Source of the DNA: Podarcis tiliguerta
Taxonomy: Eukaryota
NCBI GenBank assembly: GCA_965153285.1
Contig: OZ229115.1
Reading direction: 5' to 3' (one strand)
DNA length: 64,000 bases
Shown: positions 49,151-60,790 of the stretch, piece after piece
How the letters are laid out: the number at the start of each line of letters is the position of its first letter
How positions within the stretch are numbered: the first letter of the stretch is position 1
Notes under the pieces: model-generated
Databases searched by the model: none
What the model was told of the DNA's origin: nothing
What the model saw: the letters and a program-made list of their open reading frames with translations, nothing else
Program-made: the position numbers and the translations under genes

Positions 49151-51536
49151 GGAGTACTTTTTAAAAGGCATTGAGCCTCAAGGCTAGAGAGGTAAAGGAA
49201 GCAGCACTCCAAGTGAACGACTGCAGACTTCTTTGCCCTTTGCAAATGCATCATTTGTAAGACTTCTGAAATGTCAGTTTGTGCATCGCTTTGGCTATGG
49301 TGCAGACCCCTCCCCAAGTTTTTATAAATAACACGAAACAATTTAAAGTGCTTGGTTGTCAGGGTGCCGCCTCATTTTCAGGGACTCTCTTAATTTTGGA
49401 CATCACTGCCCCATAAGGAGCATGATCCCATATTCACAACTGCTAGGCACTGTAGAGACTTCTTATCAGTGCTGGTTGTGTATAAACTTTCTGAGCAGTC
49501 AGTTATTTGTAGCGAAGCTGTGCTTTTTTTAAAAAGGGGTTAAACTTAAGACTCTGTAAAAGGAAGGTTTTACCTGTGGGTTCTGAGATCTTTGGAACAC
49601 ATACTGGAAAAATGACGAAGTGTTAATATGAGAATGGCTAGCTTTTCCTGCTCTGCTGAAATGCCAGCTATGGGTTGATGCATTTGGTGTGTAACAGCCA
49701 AAGTCATGCAACTTGGGTCTAAGAAACAGTTATGATCGTTTATTTCTGTGAAGGTGCTTCCAGGTAACACTTAAGATTTCTGTCAGCATTATTAACAAAA
49801 AAACAAAGGGGTATATAGAGAGTCTATTCGGAAAGAATGTGTTTCTTTACAAGGTTGGATAGTATAGATTCTGATTGCAGTCATTTCTGGTTGCAATGTT
49901 CACTGCTTGGAGTATTCAGTGGGGAAGGTATTTCTGATGAAAAGTTAGACATTTGCACAAAAGGTATACTCACCCCCCAATAGCTCAGCTACGTAAAATT
50001 GGACTGCTTGAAAGAACTTCAGCTGTCATCATTAGCAGTGACTTGAGATTTCGGTCTGTTGTCATACTTTAGAATTAGACTCACCAAATGGGAGGTGGGG
50101 GGGGGGAATCCACTATAGTAGGGTTACAGTGTAAATAAGAAGTTTAGAAATACTAATCTTAACATCTGTTTGTATGCACACAATGAACTGTTAAATGAAA
50201 TGGTGAAGTGAACTTTCAGTTGATGTAATATGTAGTGTAATATTGGGGGGAAATGTTGGCCAACCCAGCTTCCATTGAGATTCGCAAAGCTACCTTTTGT
50301 TTTTCTGGGGCCATGTGCGAAACCAAAGAGCCTCACTTTGAAAACATCTATATTAGAGTAGAGGTTACTGAGGGGCTGGGGAGGGAGGCAAATGCACAAG
50401 CTCCAGCAGAAATTGTAGAACTGGCAATGCAATGGGTTTCATTGGGATGGTTGCTAAGGAATGAATTTGGTGTACGGATTTATTTTCATGATTTCTAAAA
50501 CCTGACAAATTCTGCATTTTTCGATCAGTTAACGCATCTGGCATAATCAACAGCTGTGCCAAACCCAGCGGGGGCAAGCTGTTGCCTATTGGCCTATATT
50601 TGGAGATGTCCTGCTGCCTTGTATTCTGCTTATATTTAGGCTATAGTTTGAGGAGATGTTTCCATACACCCCAATCCTAATTTTTTTTAACCAAAGAGTT
50701 AAATGAGACTTGCCTCCCAGTAAAGATGCTTAGTATTTAAAAACAGGGAAATTCTTTGTTTTTATGCAGTATGTGTGTGAAATGGGTCTTAAAGGGGAAT
50801 TCAAGATTCATCTTTGCTTTTAGACTTTTTTATTACCGAGTCAAAACAATCTCAATATTTGTTTCACGTGGTACTTTGTGCGTATGATGCTATAAAGCAT
50901 CACAAAATTCACCTTGAGTGCTAACAGTGAAGAAGAAGTGTGAGAGTGAGAAAGAACGTGCTTTCCAAAACTTGAATTTGGGGAGGATCAATAGTAACTC
51001 AGATTCAGTTGGATATGTGATTATTTTCTGCTAACATGCTGCTGCTTTTATGCAGTTCTGATCCACCTAACCAATATATTTGACCTGGTCCTCCCAGCTT
51101 GATCTTCTATCACATTATTTGTCATGCCTTATTCCTCATCATCTACCTGCCCAGGTATTTTTCCTCCCATTAATGTAAGAGTGCTTCTGGATCAGACCAA
51201 AAGTCTTCTAGTTCAGCATCATTTTCCCCCCATAGGGGCAACCCAGATGCCTATGGGAAGCCCATAAGAAGGGAATGGTGGCATTAGCCCCTGCCTTATC
51301 ATGGAGGTACTACTTAACCACCGTAGCTTGTGGCCATTGATACGTAGATTTATCCTGCATTAATTTGCCAGCTTCCCTTGATGACCCTGGGTTCTAGTTT
51401 CATGTTCTTCATAATTTTATACACCTCTGTTACATTGCCCCATATCTTATTTTTATTTGGAACTAAATAGCCCCAGATGTTGTAACCTTTCCTCACTGAG
51501 TTCTTTCAGTTCCTGCTAACTTTGATTGCCCTTTTC

Positions 51537-51687
51537 TTAGAATCACAGAATTGTAGACCTGAAAGGGACCATGAGGGTCATCTAGTCCAACCCCCTGCGA
51601 TGCAGGAATCTTTCACCTAATGTGGGGATCAAATCCACCACCCCTGAGATTAAGAGTCTCATGCACTACCAACTGAGCTATCCCAGC
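51537..51687 (-). mobile_element. tRNA-Lys(CTT)-derived SINE with CR1-type 3' tail
   Basis: The reverse complement starts gctgggatagctcagttggtagtgcatgagactcttaatctcagg (tRNA-Lys-like) and ends ggttggactagatgaccctcatggtccctttc...attctgtgattcta. Confidence 0.87.
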
Positions 51688-52453
51688 ACTTGCATGTTCA
51701 CATACAGTATTTAACTCTTCATCCTTCTGCCTAGGCTTTATTTCTGCTACTAACCCTCCATTAGGCAATCTGAAACATCTCATAACAGATTGCTCATATT
51801 CCAGTAACTGCAGTTGTTTTGTCTCTTGGGCAACATGGAAACAGGGCCAGACTACTTCCAGCAAAGTTGCTAGTACATAGTTGAGAAGCTAAAATGATGG
51901 AAGAGGCTGCAACAGCTGTTTGGGGCACTGGGGGTGGAGACATTCTGAAAACAGTTTGGTTTTGTGGAACAAACACTTGCATTATAAATAAGATTGCATG
52001 ATACATAATTATAGCAGTGCCAGATATACCCAATCTTGATATTTGGCTATAAACTGAAGGTCGGGGTAGAAGGTATTTCAAATATTGCTTTCATTGTGCG
52101 TCTATTTGCATTTTCTTCAATCCTTTGGTGGTATTCTTTCCAATATGTATTACTGCCATTCCCCTCCCTCCTCCTTGCTGCTGTTTCCTGCTTACATAGG
52201 TGGCTCAGGCAAGTCTGACTGGCTATGTCATGTTGTGATGTCATCCCTTTTACTACATGATCCCTGATTGGGGATGTGATGGTTTCACTGCAGGCAACTG
52301 AAGCGGAGTGTGAGAAACAGGAGTGTGTAAGAAAATAGCAATCTAAATGAAAAAGCAAGTGTTTTTTGCAGGCACGTGTTTTTATTTTATTCCCTAAGTA
52401 GGGAGCACTTTGACACTCAAATGGCATCAGTCACCCCCACACCCCAAAAGAGA

Positions 52454-52672
52454 GTACAATAAGCTTACAACTTATACACATTTAACTTGTGCACATTCAG
52501 TTTTACATGCTTGACAAAATAATAATAATAAATAATAATAAATAATAATTAAAAGGGGGGCAGGTGTCTGGGGGGAGGGGTTTTGGCACCCAATGTGTTT
52601 TGACTATACATGTTTTTGGCTTTAGGCGTTGTCCCCGGAAGGTAACTCCCACATAAATTGCAAGCTTACTAT
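52454..52672. mobile_element. Old Tigger-like MITE
   Basis: Degenerate TIRs tacaataagcttacaacttat / ataaattgcaagcttactata. Confidence 0.6.
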
Positions 52673-53291
52673 AGTTTCAGGGCGACCTTTAGAAATGAAG
52701 GTTCTTTGCTATGCATAATACAGAATAATATAATTGACAGGGACTCAGTAAAACCCTAGTCCAGTGTTCTTTGGACTGTTCCTAAAAACACTTGTGTTCC
52801 TTGGAAGCTTATTGGGCTTTTTGATGAGAAGATCCACTGTGGATAGCAAAGTTCATGGAAGACAAAAGCTTTCCGCAATTACTGGCCTCTCGTTGCAATG
52901 CAGTGGTGATAGTGGGGTATTGGAGATGTTCTAGGTCCATTCTCTGTATTAGCACAGGGCAACGGGGATAGTGGACGCCCCACACTCAGTATCACTCAGA
53001 TTCCTCAGCAAGAAGAAAGGATTCTGTAAAAGTAGGGAATTTAAATGGATCCAGTCCAGTTGTCTGTTCCTAAAGAGTCATTGACATACCAAACTCCTCC
53101 TAAAAACATATAAATGCTGTTTCTACATTGGTTGATTTGTTTGTTGATCTTCTATCCTGTCCTTCTGCTGCAAAGTGAGCATGTAATGGCCAGCAACATA
53201 TAATAATACAACAATCTAAAACAATGATTTCTTGTGTTCAGTTTGGGTCTACCTCCCTTCAGTTTAAATAATAATAATAATAACAATAACA

Positions 53292-53333
<42 letters not shown>

Positions 53334-53600
53334 TATACCCTGCCCATCTGGCTGGGTTTCCCCAGCCACTCTGGGCGGCTTCCAACAAAACACTAAAATA
53401 CAATAACCCATTAAACATTAAAAGCTTCCCTAAACAGGGCTGCCTTTAGATGTCTTCTAAAAGTTTGGTTGTTATTTTTCTCTTTGACATCTGGTGGGAG
53501 GGCGTTCCACAGGGCGGGTGCCACTACCGAGAAGGCCCTCTGCCTGGTTCCCTGTAACTTGGCTTCTCGCAGCGAGGGAACCGCCAGAAGGCCCTCAGCC
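53292..53600 (-). mobile_element. L2 LINE 3' end with (TAA)n tail
   Basis: Translation GTRQRAFSVVAPALWNALPPDVKE...FRRHLKAALFREAF is the L2 ORF2 terminus; it is followed by a 3' UTR and a microsatellite tail. Confidence 0.9.
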
Positions 53601-54189
53601 TTCAATTGTTCTCCTTATCTTACCCCACCCTACACACACACTCTTCATGTATCCAATTTCTTGAGCCTTTTGGCCTAGGATTTGTCATCTGAACACAGAT
53701 GTGTTCTAGCTGTTTTCTGTTTTCCTTTTCTTCTGTGAGCTGGACAAACAATTGCATCTAGTTCAAGCCTATGGTGCTGTTTCACTCTGCATAAAACTCT
53801 TTCCAGAAAGAGGCCATAGGTTCCCAAACCACCCATCTTTACTACATTACAGCAACTTTCAGACTGGGCTCAGTCCATTCTGTCTCCCAATGGGACTTGT
53901 ATATTAAGTGGGGATAATCAAGCTAGTATCCTTAATTTGCAAGAGGCTGTGGGTCTTGCTTTATTCTCATAAAATGGAGCAGATTATTGTTTTCCCTTGG
54001 ACAATATAAGCCTGGTCTGTGGAAACCTTAAGGCCACAGGATGCTGAGCATCCTGTTCACTTATTGCACTATATTAAATGTGAAGAGAAGTTGCTATTCA
54101 TTCTGTTTGGGTATTTCCTTGCCTTCTTTCTATATAATGGCCAATAGAGAAATACAATGAAAATTCAGAGAAGCAACCAGCGTTCACAG

Positions 54190-54332
54190 CAGATATGGGG
54201 AGCCTGTGACACACACACACAATGTTGTGGGACTCCAACTCCCACCAGCTTTCACCAGCATGGCTAATGATGAGGGATAACGGGAGTTGGAGTCCAGCAA
54301 CTCTTGGAGGTTCACAAGTTCCCCTTCCCTGG
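54190..54332. mobile_element. Old palindromic hAT-like MITE (similar at ~18620-18745)
   Basis: Internal inverted repeat ggactccaactccc / gggagttggagtcc; end ccccttccctg. Confidence 0.6.
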
Positions 54333-57299
54333 TTTATGGAATCAAATTGAGAATGTGGTTCAAGTGGGTAAATGCTGAACTTGGCATTGTCACACAGTTC
54401 CTGCATAATGATGTCCAGCTTGCGGCATAAACCACAATTAACCATGCCATACAAGTGCACTGATGCTGCTGTTTTTGCTGACTTTAGACTACATGGCATG
54501 CATAAGAACTAGTCATAGTCTATTATGAATTGGGCTTTTCAACTGTCTTGCCAAAGTTTCATTGTCTGTAGTTGATTTTTGTGCATTTCCACCTCTGCAC
54601 ACATCACAGGGCAACTCCTACGAGGCTGGTGATGGCCATTGTCAATTGGTGTACCAGAAACAGGTCAGACTTTGACGCAATAAATGTGAATTGAGTAGGC
54701 AAGTTGAACATATAATGGAGCAATTATGGAACCATGTTGCCACTTGCCAAGGGCTGTATAGATCTGATCAGCTCACGTTATATTATTATTATTACTACTA
54801 CTACTACTACTATTAAAAATTGTATACCACCATTCATCTGTAGATCTTAGGACAGCTCACATTCTCAACATGCCCGTTTAGTAGTGTGAATTAGCCCATG
54901 GTCTTCTGACTTGACATGCCGCTGTTTTTGTCAATTCAATAATATATGGGGGGGGGGGAATCTGTACTATATAATTCTGTGCTGAATAGTACTTCAGCTC
55001 TAGAATGACATCTTGACCACTCTGAATGTGGAAACATCTTCCAGTGTCATGTTTATGAGAGGTTTGAAGCTGTTAATTAGATTTTACAACCAACATGGAG
55101 TTGACAGTTGCCTGCCTCTGTCAAATTCAAACAAATATTTCAGGAGCAAACAGGTTATTTCATAAAAAAAACCACCCTAAGTTTTCTTGCCTAGTTATTA
55201 CAACCAAAACACATTTTGCAAAACACATTTTGATTGCAGGCTTTTAGTTGGTTGTAAAGGATACTTAGAGAGTACTTATTTTGATAATGACAGTGATGTA
55301 ATGTGTGAAAATAGTTTAAACATCTGTGTAGGGAAGGTAAGCAGAAAAGTAATTATTTTGGTAAAAGATGTTTGAAAGCAAGCATGCTGCTTTATGCTTT
55401 CGCAAATAACTGTAATTTAACAGCTGTAAATACACATAAGAAACTGTAAGTTAAAACCATTTGAGTAATACCTATGTTTGCTTCTCTTGGTCTCGAACAA
55501 GAAATTCTACAGACAGGCATTTTATCAAAACCGTGAGAGCTGTCTCAACAAGCTCACAATTTAATTTTAAATGCAGCAAAAGTGTACAGCAAAGTACGAT
55601 AGTGATGATGGGTTGAAGGAAGAAAAATGATCTGGCAACTGGGGTTGCATAACATAATGGGGACTCAATATTTTGTTTGGAAGAATAATCAGGACAAACC
55701 TGCTTCCCAGGAAATGTTTGAGGGGGAAAGAAGTGTGGTCAAAAACAACAATGATGGAGAGGCTGAAACTTTAACTCAGTGGTTGGTAAGAAATGTCATT
55801 CAAAGAAGCAGCCAGCTACTTGAGAGCTAAAAGAGAAAGTAATTCCTCTTTGTACTCACCAAGGGTATATTAATCATACAGATGCACTCAGTTGCAAATT
55901 CTATAAAGAAAAAGCTTGATTTATACCCTAAATTCCCTAGGTGGGTATCACTTCTAAATAAGAAATAGTGCCAGCGAACTCCATGAACCTGGCATGGTAA
56001 CTTTTGGCTTCGCATAGCATAGATATGTGTTGTCTGTAAAGTCTTATTGGATGGTGTCCAATCAAATTCCATAACAGAAGTGATATGCATGCAGGCAATA
56101 CTTCTGAAGCAGCCATGACTCATTGGGAAAGTCCAGAGAGCATTTTCAAAGAGGAAATTCTCTGCTGTTTTCAGTACACTGGTCACAGTGCATATTTGAA
56201 AAAATTGTCAGTCTCCTGCCGGGCCATATGTGACAGGCTCCTGAGACTCAAGCCTGGAGCAAGTTCTGAACATGGGACATGAAGGAATCAAGGCTAGGAT
56301 TTTAAAAAAAGAGAGAAGAAGAATTAGGAGAAGGCCAACAGAGCAATAAGGCATCTTCTTGACAGAAACAGGACAAAACAGATCATGTGATACTTCTGGT
56401 AAGCTGTTCTGAGAGCCTAGGGGGTGCTAAAGGCAGAGTATAAGTGACTTAAATAAATTAATGAATACTTCCTGCCACCCACAAAAGCTTTTCCTGCTTA
56501 GCTTAGCCCTAATCTCTGGTTTGAGCAGCACAGGAAACTGCTGGTATGTTTTGTGAAAACTGGCCTCATCTAATTGTGTTTTCCAGCACCTCGCCAGGTG
56601 CAAGATGAAAACATTTTGAGGCCAACTTATTGTGGTTCCTTGGATTGCTAATATACATTCTGAATTGTCAAATGGAAATGGAAAACTGCTACCTGGAATT
56701 GCCCTTAAAGACTGCATCAAAGGCTGTATCCACATACATGATGAAGTCTGAGGTGTTGAGTACCTACTAGGAGAAAAGTGAAACAGAATAATAAGGCTAC
56801 ATTCATTAAACAGGAGAGGATACCAACCTCTTATTCTGGTTTTGGGGGATGTGAGGGAGGGGGAACGCATAGCCATAGACTTGCCAGGGAGTCCTTATCT
56901 GGTGTGTTGCAGAGGCGGTAACTTTTGCTCCCTTTCCAGTATACAGTGCAAATCAGCTGGCTAGTAACTTACAATCAAGTCACTGTGAAGATCGGGAAAC
57001 ACAGGGGTGTGCCCAAACCTCATATCTCCCAGCTGTTGGCGTTCTCTTGAAGTGCAGATGACCACAAACCCTGTCTGTCTGAGCTTGAACCATTCAGTAG
57101 GGTTATAGCTGCTGGTTCAATCCTTGCTGTTGCCCAGGTGCTCTTAATACCTGGGTATGATGTGTTGGCAGCCACTGGAATATTTTGCAGTCTAGGCTGG
57201 AGGCCAGGAATTTCCCTCTCCAGTTACCGGTACATCCAACGTCTCTGGAGTGCTTCATAGCTCATAGCCAGCTCTCCCTGGCTGACCCTGGCTGCTTTT

Positions 57300-59250
57300 G
57301 AGGACTGCACCCATTATAGGGACTGGTCGCCATGCCACAAGATCATCTTGGGGCACCCAAGGGGCAAAATCATTGTGTGTGTATTTTGCTCAATTTAGCA
57401 GGAGCCCGTTTCCCTTCAGGCTTCTCTTGTGGATGCAGACAAGCCTCAAGTTGCTCCTGTGTGTTCCACACAGGAAAACACCATCTTTCTCACAGGTGCT
57501 GGCTTCTCCTCCACTTCCTTCTGCTCCCCCTTTTCCACAGCAGGCTCCCAGGGAGCAGAGAAATCAATCAACAGCAGCTCTTGCATGCTCACGGGCACCT
57601 CCAATTCCTCCTTTTCCACAGCAGGCTCACAGGGAGTAGAGAAGTCAATTAGCAGCAGCTCGTCTGCTCCATCCAGAGTGCGTGCGCACATACACACAAA
57701 CACACGCCTTCAGCTACAGATTGCATCTCTTCACAGTCCAAGCCACTTAGCTGCCCATCCACACTCTGGATCTCTCTCTTTCCTTTTAGGTCAGGGGTCG
57801 GCAAACTAAGGGCCGCGGGCTGGATCAGGCCCAATTGCCTTCAGGATTCGGCTTGCAGACTGTCTGTGGATCGGCGTGGGGATTCTGTACATTCGGGTGG
57901 CACCATTTCCCCCCCCCCTGCACAATTCCATTCCCCCCTCTCCCTCACACACACCGTGGCGGCAGCGCCTCCTCCCTCCCTCCTCTTAGCTTCTCCCCAC
58001 CCTGCCTAGAGGAGGAAGGGGGCTGGGCTGAGCTGGCTGAGTGTCATTTTAAGCAGCCCCTCTCTGGAGCCAGCCCTTTTGCGCAGCTCATCTTTCCGCT
58101 GCCCCCACCACCACCCTGGTGCTTCTGTGAACCAGAGAGTGGAGCAGACAAGCTCCCTCTGCCTACCCACGAGAAGCAGTGGTGGCGGCGGCAGCCCCTG
58201 AGAAGGTAAGCGCTGGGGCTGGGGAGGAGGATTACTTGCCCCCCTCGCCTCTTCTTCCAGCTCCCCCCTCCTGGTGCCGCTTCTCCAGCCTGCCACAAGG
58301 TCTGAGGGACAGTGGACCGGCCTGCAGCTAAAAATTTTTGTCAACGCCTGTTTTAGGTGCTATTCAGCTCAGTTCCTGGGTCACTTTGAACCCCTTGTGG
58401 CATCTCATTAGGCGAGGTTCTCACATCACATGGAGTCACACTTTTCTCTCCATGCAGACTTCTCATGCACTCTGCTTGCAGCTGCATCATTTCATTGAAC
58501 AACTGGTTCTGCTGCTCCATCCACTGCTCAAACAGTTGGCCTCGCTGCAGGGTTATTTTGAAAACATCTGGCTTTACTATCCCATCTGTTGCTGGAGTTG
58601 CTGCTGGAGCATCAACTTGAAATGCTCCATGAATGCCTTTCCTCCCTCCATCATGAATCCAGGCACCCCTTGTCTACAGGGGTTTTCTCCAGGAAACACA
58701 AATCCTACTTTTAACACCAGTGGTACCTGCCATCCCAATCTCTGAGCATTCTTTGAGATTCTAGGCATTTCCAGGCATCTGGGTTTGCTTTTGGAAATGA
58801 GGCACAGTGGAGACTGTTGTGTCTTGATGATATAAGGTTTATTTACACATATAGACAATCAGAACCCATAATGGAGGGCCTCACAGCATTAACACCCCGA
58901 AAGGGTCTTGTTTCTCTCATAGCTGCAGCCTTGGATCAAAACAGAAATCAGCCATGGCTCTCTGACCCTCTGATTAAGCCTTTTACAGCCTCCAACATCA
59001 CTGCCAAAACCTCATCTTAAACTCAGCTCTAAAATTCTACCTCAAAACTCTCTTTCGTCTTTCAAACTAACTGAGTTGAGGGAGGGACCCTTCCCATTTT
59101 CCGTCTGGCAGAGCATGCCCTCTCTCTGACTTTGCTGATGGCCCATTACCTTTACCCATGTCTGGTAGCCCATTTTAACATTCCAAGCATGCATTAAATT
59201 CTAAGACCTATCAGGAATTTAGAGCAATCTGGCACCCAAAAACCCCAACA
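57300..59250 (-). mobile_element. Decayed Gypsy-like LTR retrotransposon: 5' LTR (~58721-59250), PBS (58702-58719), gag-like remnant
   Basis: The PBS TGGTGTTAAAAGTAGGAT matches 15/18 to the complement of the tRNA-Leu(CAA) 3' end (TGGTGTCAGAAGTGGGAT). The LTR carries AATAAA on the minus strand. An ATG at 58654 opens a Q-rich broken frame (MMEGGKAFMEHFKLMLQQQLQQQ / LFEQWMEQQNQLFNEMMQLQ). Confidence 0.7.
57792..58350 (+). mobile_element. hAT (Charlie-type) MITE, long version, inserted in the gag-like region
   Basis: Termini caggggtcggcaaact / tttttgtcaacgcctg; perfect TSD ttttaggt; shares end sequence with the 15318/39695 family. Confidence 0.92.
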
Positions 59251-60409
59251 CATAGTGTTGGTGTAGATGAGGCCTTATTATTTAAGACAGCAGCCTGAAA
59301 GCAGCAACATTCCTTCCTTGTGATGTCTTTCAGTTACAGGAAAGCTAGTAGTGATGTTAAACAGTAAAAATAAATAAATCAGAAGCAGCAGTCAAGTGCA
59401 CTACCTGGGATGAGGTGCAGTTGTACTAGCTGTTCTTGTAATGTTCTTGTGAAAACAGCTGGCATGGCTGTCTGTACAGTGAGACCAGAAGTCCCCCCCC
59501 CGCCCCCTTCTGAATTTAGCCACGCTCTAGCAATTTTATTTTTCATTAACATTGAACTACTGTTCTACTATCACCCCTTAAATTAAATCTAAGGTTGTAC
59601 AGACACTGGTGTCATTGAATTATCAAACCCCCCCAAGGGAACCTGCTCAAGGTAAGTGATGTTTCTCTTACTGCCCTGTCACATCACAGGTCCTTCCTAT
59701 GTGCTCATGCCAGAAAGACATGGCAGCAGAATCCTATGCCTGTTTACTCAGAAGTAAGCCTTTCCTTGTTCACTGTGGTTAAGAGATATGCAGCTCCCAG
59801 TTCACTATTGCAATTCAGTTTTGCTATTGCTGCTGCAAACTTGGTCATAATTTCTCAGACCAATAGCTTTGTCACAGCTTCAGAACCCTTTTAATCAAGG
59901 CTTATCAGTGCAAAAGGAATCTGTAGCAAAGATGTGCAGATATATTTACGTAGAAATGACCTACCAAGAAAAGGTGAGAGCTTGTTGTTACTGCTTTATG
60001 AACATAATGCTAACTTAATTTCACAAAGCAAAGATTGCTGTGCTAGGGTTTTTCCCCCTTCTGCTCAGCCACTTCTGGTCTTCAGGAAAAAACAGATTCT
60101 CCTTGTGTCACTTTTAATTGATTCCCATTGCATTAGATCTTGTTGTCAGCCTTTATAAAGGCAGTGTGCAAGGAATTTTATCAAAAATTGACTCATTGAT
60201 TCCTTGAACTGATGAAATAATTGGAACTTGATATGCCCAGTGCAGCTTCTTTATAATTTTACCTTCCATTATAATAAGAAAAATCCTCTAGGTCAGAAGT
60301 CTACGAATTACAATTATTGCATTCGCCTAAGTCTTAAAGCATGAGAACTGCTCAAAGTAATAAGCGAACCTCCATAAGAATGAATTTGCTTTGGATCATA
60401 TCCAAGCTG

Positions 60410-60790
60410 TCTTTTATTTATTGAACAGCTTGTATTCCCCATTTCTGCTCCAGAAAGGAGTTGCTGGTTATATACAACCACAAAAATAAAAACAGGAGCA
60501 ACTCATCATTAGAACCATCAGCAAAACAAAGCAAGACTAAAAGCAGCATCAAAACGCCCAAAAGGCATCAAGAGCACAGAAAGCCAGAGCTAACAATAGA
60601 TAAGCTTAAGCAACAGCAGGATCAAAAGGTTGTTTAAGAAGAAATGTCTTCAAAGGCTGGCAGAACAGCAAATAGAAACAAAGTCAACCTAACTTCTTGA
60701 GGAATAGAGTTCTGCCTATGGGGCGCTGCCACAGAAAAAGCCCCCTTGCACACTGCCACCAATTTAGCCCTAGAGGGCAGTGGCATGCGT
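60410..60790 (-). mobile_element. Old L2 3' fragment
   Basis: gagttctgcctatggggcgctgccacagaaaaagccc parallels the L2 at ~53500 (gcgttccacagggcgggtgccactaccgagaaggccc). Confidence 0.6.

Noticed and set aside
59595-59660. Strong donor AAG|GTAAGT as exon 2 of the CpG-island gene
   Set aside because: No good upstream polypyrimidine tract or recognisable coding content, so it cannot be supported without transcripts.
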